Position numbers and translations under genes: made by a program
Source of the DNA: Mayamaea pseudoterrestris
Lineage: Eukaryota
NCBI GenBank assembly: GCA_027923505.1
Contig: BROI01000020.1
Location: 186,001 to 250,000, forward strand
Direction of reading: 5' to 3'
Length of the DNA stretch: 64,000 nucleotides
Notes under the pieces: generated by a model
What the model was told of the DNA's origin: nothing
Databases searched by the model: none
What the model saw: only the letters and a program-made list of their open reading frames with translations
Part shown: in pieces, positions 59,146 to 64,000 of the stretch
How the letters are laid out: every line of letters begins with the position of its first letter
Numbering within the stretch: the stretch's first letter is position 1

Positions 59146-60805
59146 GCCGTCGATGTAACAAATTCCCCGGTTTTTGACCTTTGACACACTTTTAAATGTT
59201 GTATTCACATATTCGTTACTGCTTCTACCATCAACATTTGCAAATCACATTAGTTTACGCACACATGGCTGTAGCCTGGAGGGTGTGTGGGTCCAAGTTT
59301 CCTGACTAGCTACTGGTCTCACTTTTGCTGATGATTGCATCAACCTTTCTTGACAACCATTCTTTTTAGTTTGCACCTTGAGTAGTTTGCATATTCTGTG
59401 TGGTTATATCACATGCACCGAGTGGGGAGGTGGTAGGATCAACATTTTTTATAGGAAGCAGTGGCATTCGTGTGCATTGTGCACGTACGCGCAACGCTCT
59501 CACGCAAACACTACTGTTGTAGCTTTAAAAGTAAGCATACTACTGAGTACTTAATTCATCACAACTTGCCAACAACTGCTTTGGACAAGGTAGTAAATGG
59601 CACAGAGAGGCAGAGAGATACATTTAATGGACATTGTGCAGTCGGAGTGAAGAGGATGTCATGTCGCATTGGCAGAGCCTCAATCTACCACAATTATTGT
59701 ATCTTGTACATCAGATCATGTTGTGCACCACATCATCTGCTTCTGGAGCCTGTCTTGGTGCTGCATTTACTGCTGCAGCTCTAATTCCTCTCATTGCGTG
59801 TAACACTTGTCAATCAATGGAACATTTGTGAATGCCACTTGAGAAATGACAAGGGTTTACTTTAGATTCCTTCTTGTCCCTTTTGTTTTGGAGCCCTTTT
59901 GTTGCTCTACTACCACCTGTGTGCCCACCATTAGATCTTGTGCTGCAATAAAGGCTGCGCACAGGCATTGTGCAAGTTTCTCAGTGTTATTCTTTCCTGC
60001 GGTCATTCTGGCACTATCATATGTATCAACAGCATGTGCCATGCCGTTAACTCTGCCATGTCTTTCCTCAAGGTGCACTGTGCATGTTTTTGCTGTTTGC
60101 TTTGCTGTTGTAGCTGTGGCTGGTGTCTACAGCCACATAACATGAAAGCAGCAATCACATGGCCTGCATGGACTGTAAACACTGATCTATCATATGCAAT
60201 TGCAATCACCATGTGTATAATATAGTTGTTGTCAGCATTGAAGCTTGGAGGATTTCATCATTTATACCCAAGTAATAGAAATCCTCTGCAAAAAAAGCCG
60301 GGCAACTTGTTGTCACTGGAACTCCAGCCAATTTGGCAACACAAAGAGTGGATGCCACAGAGTGTGTTTGAATAATCAATGCCAAAAGCTCTCAAGGACA
60401 CTGTAAGATTAAGGGGCAGGAAATATTTCTTCATCTACCATTGTTGCCACTGGAGTGTCGAGTTGGCAGCCATTGCAAAGGAAGTGACTCTTCTGCTGAG
60501 GGACTCTTTAAATACAACAGCTATAACTGCCTTAGTCGTGCACTGCTCTTAATGAGCAAACCTCTATGTCTAGGAAAGATAAATATTCCTCTACCCCATG
60601 TACTGGTACTGTACCTTTCCAAGACTCAATCTGTCTCATCGGTATAAGGACGTCACAAACCCTCTGCCAGGGATATTTTTTGCTATGTTGGTTCCGTTTT
60701 GAGAACTTAGCAGACCCACAACAACCAACCTCGCTGGCTACAATATTGTCAGTTCTTCTGCAAGTTTTGTTAATTCGATTTCAATCATCCTATTGCTACC
60801 TACTA

Positions 60806-63565
60806 TTACAGTGGGACCAGCGTAATTTCATCTTCGGCAACAGAATCTGTGTCATGCCGTCCATGCGGCTGAGCCATCGCGAAATCATGTGCGGCAGAAT
60901 TATTGAGACGTCGACGTGCATCGCCTCGCGGATCGTTCAATTCGGGGTTTAGGTCAATATCGCTTTGAGGACGCGGTTGCGCACCAGCGGCGGTGGTTGG
61001 GTGCACGACATTATCTGGTTGCTGGAATCTTTTTTCCCTCCTGATCAGCAGGCTCTCATACGGATCAGTAAAAGTCTCCATGAGATTGTTTGCAGGCAAA
61101 ACCGATGCAAACGGATCAGCAAAAGACTCCATGAGATTGCTTGTAGGTGGTACCGATGCTAACAAATCCCCAGTATCTGTCGCTCGCGCCGTTGACGTGT
61201 CAATAGCCGTCCCTCGCGCCGCATGCGTGCCGGTACTTCTCCTCTGGCCAAAGGAGAAGTTTACGGTGCATTTGCGTGATGCGGTCTTACCTCCACCGAC
61301 AGATCCCGTGCTAGCCGCTGAAGGTGCTTCTAGAGTCTCGGCAGCACTTGCGACAGGTGGGCAAAATAATCCATCGTTGTAGCCAACTTCTGCTCCCTTG
61401 TGGTCTTCCGAAATGTGGCGCGTCACCCCCTTGCGTGTCGTAAAATATTTTTCAGGACATACATTGCAGAGAAAATATGCCACTCCTGGGGGCGGAATAG
61501 ACGGTTTGTAATTGTTTGGAATGACAAGCGGATCCAAATCCTTTTGTGGACACTGAGTGCACCCATCTGTGCCGCCGATATGGCGACGGTATTTGAGGAA
61601 GGTGTCCCATGTTCGGTTACATTTACAGAGAAAGGTGTGACGTCCTTTGCTATGGTTCTTGTGGACATGCGCTCGCAAGTCTCCAGCATAATAGTAAGGC
61701 GGGAACGAGCAGCCAATGACAGGACACGGGCAGTTCAGTAAAGGACGGAATGCTTGTTTCGTGATGAATTCTATGGCCGGAGGCAAAGGTGCCAATTGCG
61801 GAGTCCAGTTAGGTTTGAAAAACTCCGGTCGCTTGAATGCAGGCGTTACCTCGCTCGTGTTCACAGCAAAAACAGCCATGTCGTAGTCGATTCCTGGATG
61901 GAAAATGTTGACTGGCATAATTTCACGGTAGGCATTGGCGTTTTCATAATGCTTGAGAGCAATGGCACTGCTGTGGGACAATGATTTGTTCAAATGTGAG
62001 TCAATCTCAACGCCAAGACTATCGACATTGCGCGACGCCTGGCGACAAAAAGCTCGCCCTCCAGTAGCGCTAAAGTTGTTCCTTTGTGTGGGTCGGTAAC
62101 CACAACGCTCTCCTAGTTCACGATAGTTTGCATTATTTTCCGCATTGGAACGACTGTTCATTAGGAGTGATTCATGGTAGTTCGTGTAGAAAGGTATTTT
62201 GTCACCCGGTTTATCCTGTGCGATGATGTGGGAGATGAACGCCTTCAAAGCAGAGCGAGTTTCGTCCGCTTCCTCGTCGCCCCTCAGTCTCTTGATCACT
62301 TCTACTTTGGCTTTCTTCTCAGCAGCTTTGATTTTCACCAGCAGTGCTGCTGGTGTCTCAAAAATGTTGGGATCGATGGAAAGCTGCTCTCGTCCCTCAT
62401 ACACGTCAATAGCGCTTCGAATCATCCCCTTGCGCTCAAGGAGTATCAGGGTAATAACGACCAAGTTCATCTCCAAACTGTCTGCTTCCATAAACGACAC
62501 GATGTATGTCCCGAGGCCTTTCTCCTTCATGTAGCAGTGTATAAAGGACATCATGCGAAACTTTTGTCCACCGGGTACCGGTACTTCAATGCGCAATTGC
62601 CATGAGCTGGCTGCGATAGTGTTACGTTCAATGCTGCGCTTGCCCGTCACCTGACCCACCAGTTGATAGTGAATCAGTTCCAAGTAGCGGGTTGGAATAA
62701 TACCGTTATCCTCGGACATGAGGAGCGAGTTGAGCATATGCAGCGTGTCTTTGTACGTAATGACAACGTGTGGATTCGACAAGCCACTAATCAGATCCTT
62801 CGTCTCCTGAACCATCAAGTTTCGAATCAGATTCTTCAGAGCCTCCTTCGCACGATCATTCACTGACTTGGACGGCGTGCGGCCGATTAGAGAATTCAAC
62901 GCTATCATGCGTGTACGTTTCGTGAAGGCACGTGTCGTTACGTCCTGGCTAAAGTACAAGACGCTTTTGATAATGATCATGCTCCCATCCTCCTCCGCAA
63001 AATCACCTCCAATGACTTTATTATAGAAGATTTTGGTCTTTTCCCACATGTTCAACTCCGCGACAGACTTCAAATCGAATGCTTCATCTGCATTTGCAGC
63101 AGTGGCCCGCAAGAAATAGTCATCGAACTCGTCTCCAACGAAATTGCCCATTTCCGTCTCCTCCTCTTCCTCGCCAGTCGTTTTGGGGCCGGCAACACGC
63201 TGCGATTCCATATGATGAATAGTTTCGGGCGCATTTGAACGTGCTTGATGCGCGGTAGCACTCGTGGTTGCAGGCGGCGGAGGCAGCATCGGAAAATTCT
63301 CCGGAAGACTTGCCATGCTACAGGTAGTCCTAAAGTGCTTTCGTAGTTTAATTCGATCACCAACTTTCAAGCCAGCCTCATTAAAGTCCGCATCAGCTGC
63401 GTCTGCGACAATTGAAGGCGAGATTCCTGCTTCGTCTACCTTTGTCGCCGCTGGAGTGTCGAGTCCGGCAGCCTTTGCGAAAAGAAAGCGATGACTCTTC
63501 AAGGACGGCGGCGTCTTGGGAGGGCCGCCAGCATTCGGAAAAACATTGGCGCTATTCTCACTCAT
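60806..63565 (-). mobile_element. Intact 919-aa tyrosine recombinase (DUF3435/Captain- or Crypton-like) with C-terminal C2H2-type zinc fingers; probable autonomous gene of a YR DNA element
   Basis: Ordered YR motifs: 'RYLELIHYQLVGQVTGKRSIE' (Arg ~62637), 'MKEKG', 'YRELGERCGY', 'FSATGGR' (~62055) and 'LNKSLSHSSAIALKHY' (His ~61974, Tyr ~61947). Zinc fingers: 'CPVIGC..DLRAHVHKNH', 'CKCNRTW..YRRH' and 'CNVCPEKYF..VTRHISEDH'. The ORF is intronless. Confidence 0.72.
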
Positions 63566-64000
63566 GATCGTATCAAGTCTGTATTAGTATGAGAGCAGAT
63601 CGAAGGACGAATCTAAATATATGCGTGTATGCGCGGAGCAACTATGTCGCCGCGAACAGAATTCTGTCTAGGGGGCTCGGTTTATGGTTGTGGTTGTAAA
63701 TGAATAGATGTAAATGAATAGTGTATTTGTCTACACTTAGTTTCACAGTGAGTATGGAATGCACGTCCATAAATAAATTTTTTCGCTGACGTAAGAAACA
63801 TCCGTTGACGTTCGGCGTCGCTCACGATACTTTCGCTGAAAAATCGTGCCAACTGGAAACGAGCGGACTGGAAGAGGTGAAGAATCCTCAACGTTCCCTT
63901 CGATAGATATATGTATGTTGCCTCTCCACGCTTAACATCTTCGCTACAACCACAATGCCGAGACGAGTTACTTCCACAAAAGCGAAGAGCAAAAAAGCAG

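Noticed and set aside
59461..60650. Short ORFs between the tRNA and the recombinase as cargo genes
   Set aside because: All are under 110 aa, Cys/His/Met-rich as expected of CpG-decayed DNA, with no recognisable domain.
63770..63800. Possible direct repeat with 59137-59160 marking element ends
   Set aside because: The similarity is limited to a T-run plus a few bases, which is not significant by eye.

Overview
Eukaryotic nuclear DNA, most likely a pennate diatom. The evidence is short GT-AG introns of about 70-95 nt, 'ASAFAP'-type bipartite plastid presequences and a fucoxanthin-chlorophyll antenna gene. A gene-dense block at about 4.9-58.3 kb holds roughly 23 genes: LHC/FCP, TVP15-like, a rubredoxin-domain protein, MscS, SDR, a PH protein, a 2OG-Fe oxygenase, BRE1, BTB, a 7-domain sulfotransferase beside a GT32, a degenerate kinesin, RsmD, TAZ finger, SCCPDH, LRR-like genes, TRAPPC5, HIS6, CHRD and NC2-beta. 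Both ends are repeat- or element-rich. The left end has scrambled non-LTR retrotransposon fragments, a 168-bp satellite derived from them and a tyrosine-recombinase remnant. The right end has the two most striking features. One is a circularly permuted tRNA-Arg(ACG) gene (3' half before 5' half, with an upstream TATA and an oligo-T terminator). The other, 1.7 kb away, is an intact, intronless 919-aa tyrosine recombinase whose motifs resemble DUF3435 'Captain' (Starship)/Crypton recombinases and which carries C-terminal C2H2 zinc fingers. All family calls come from motif recognition by eye, not database searches.
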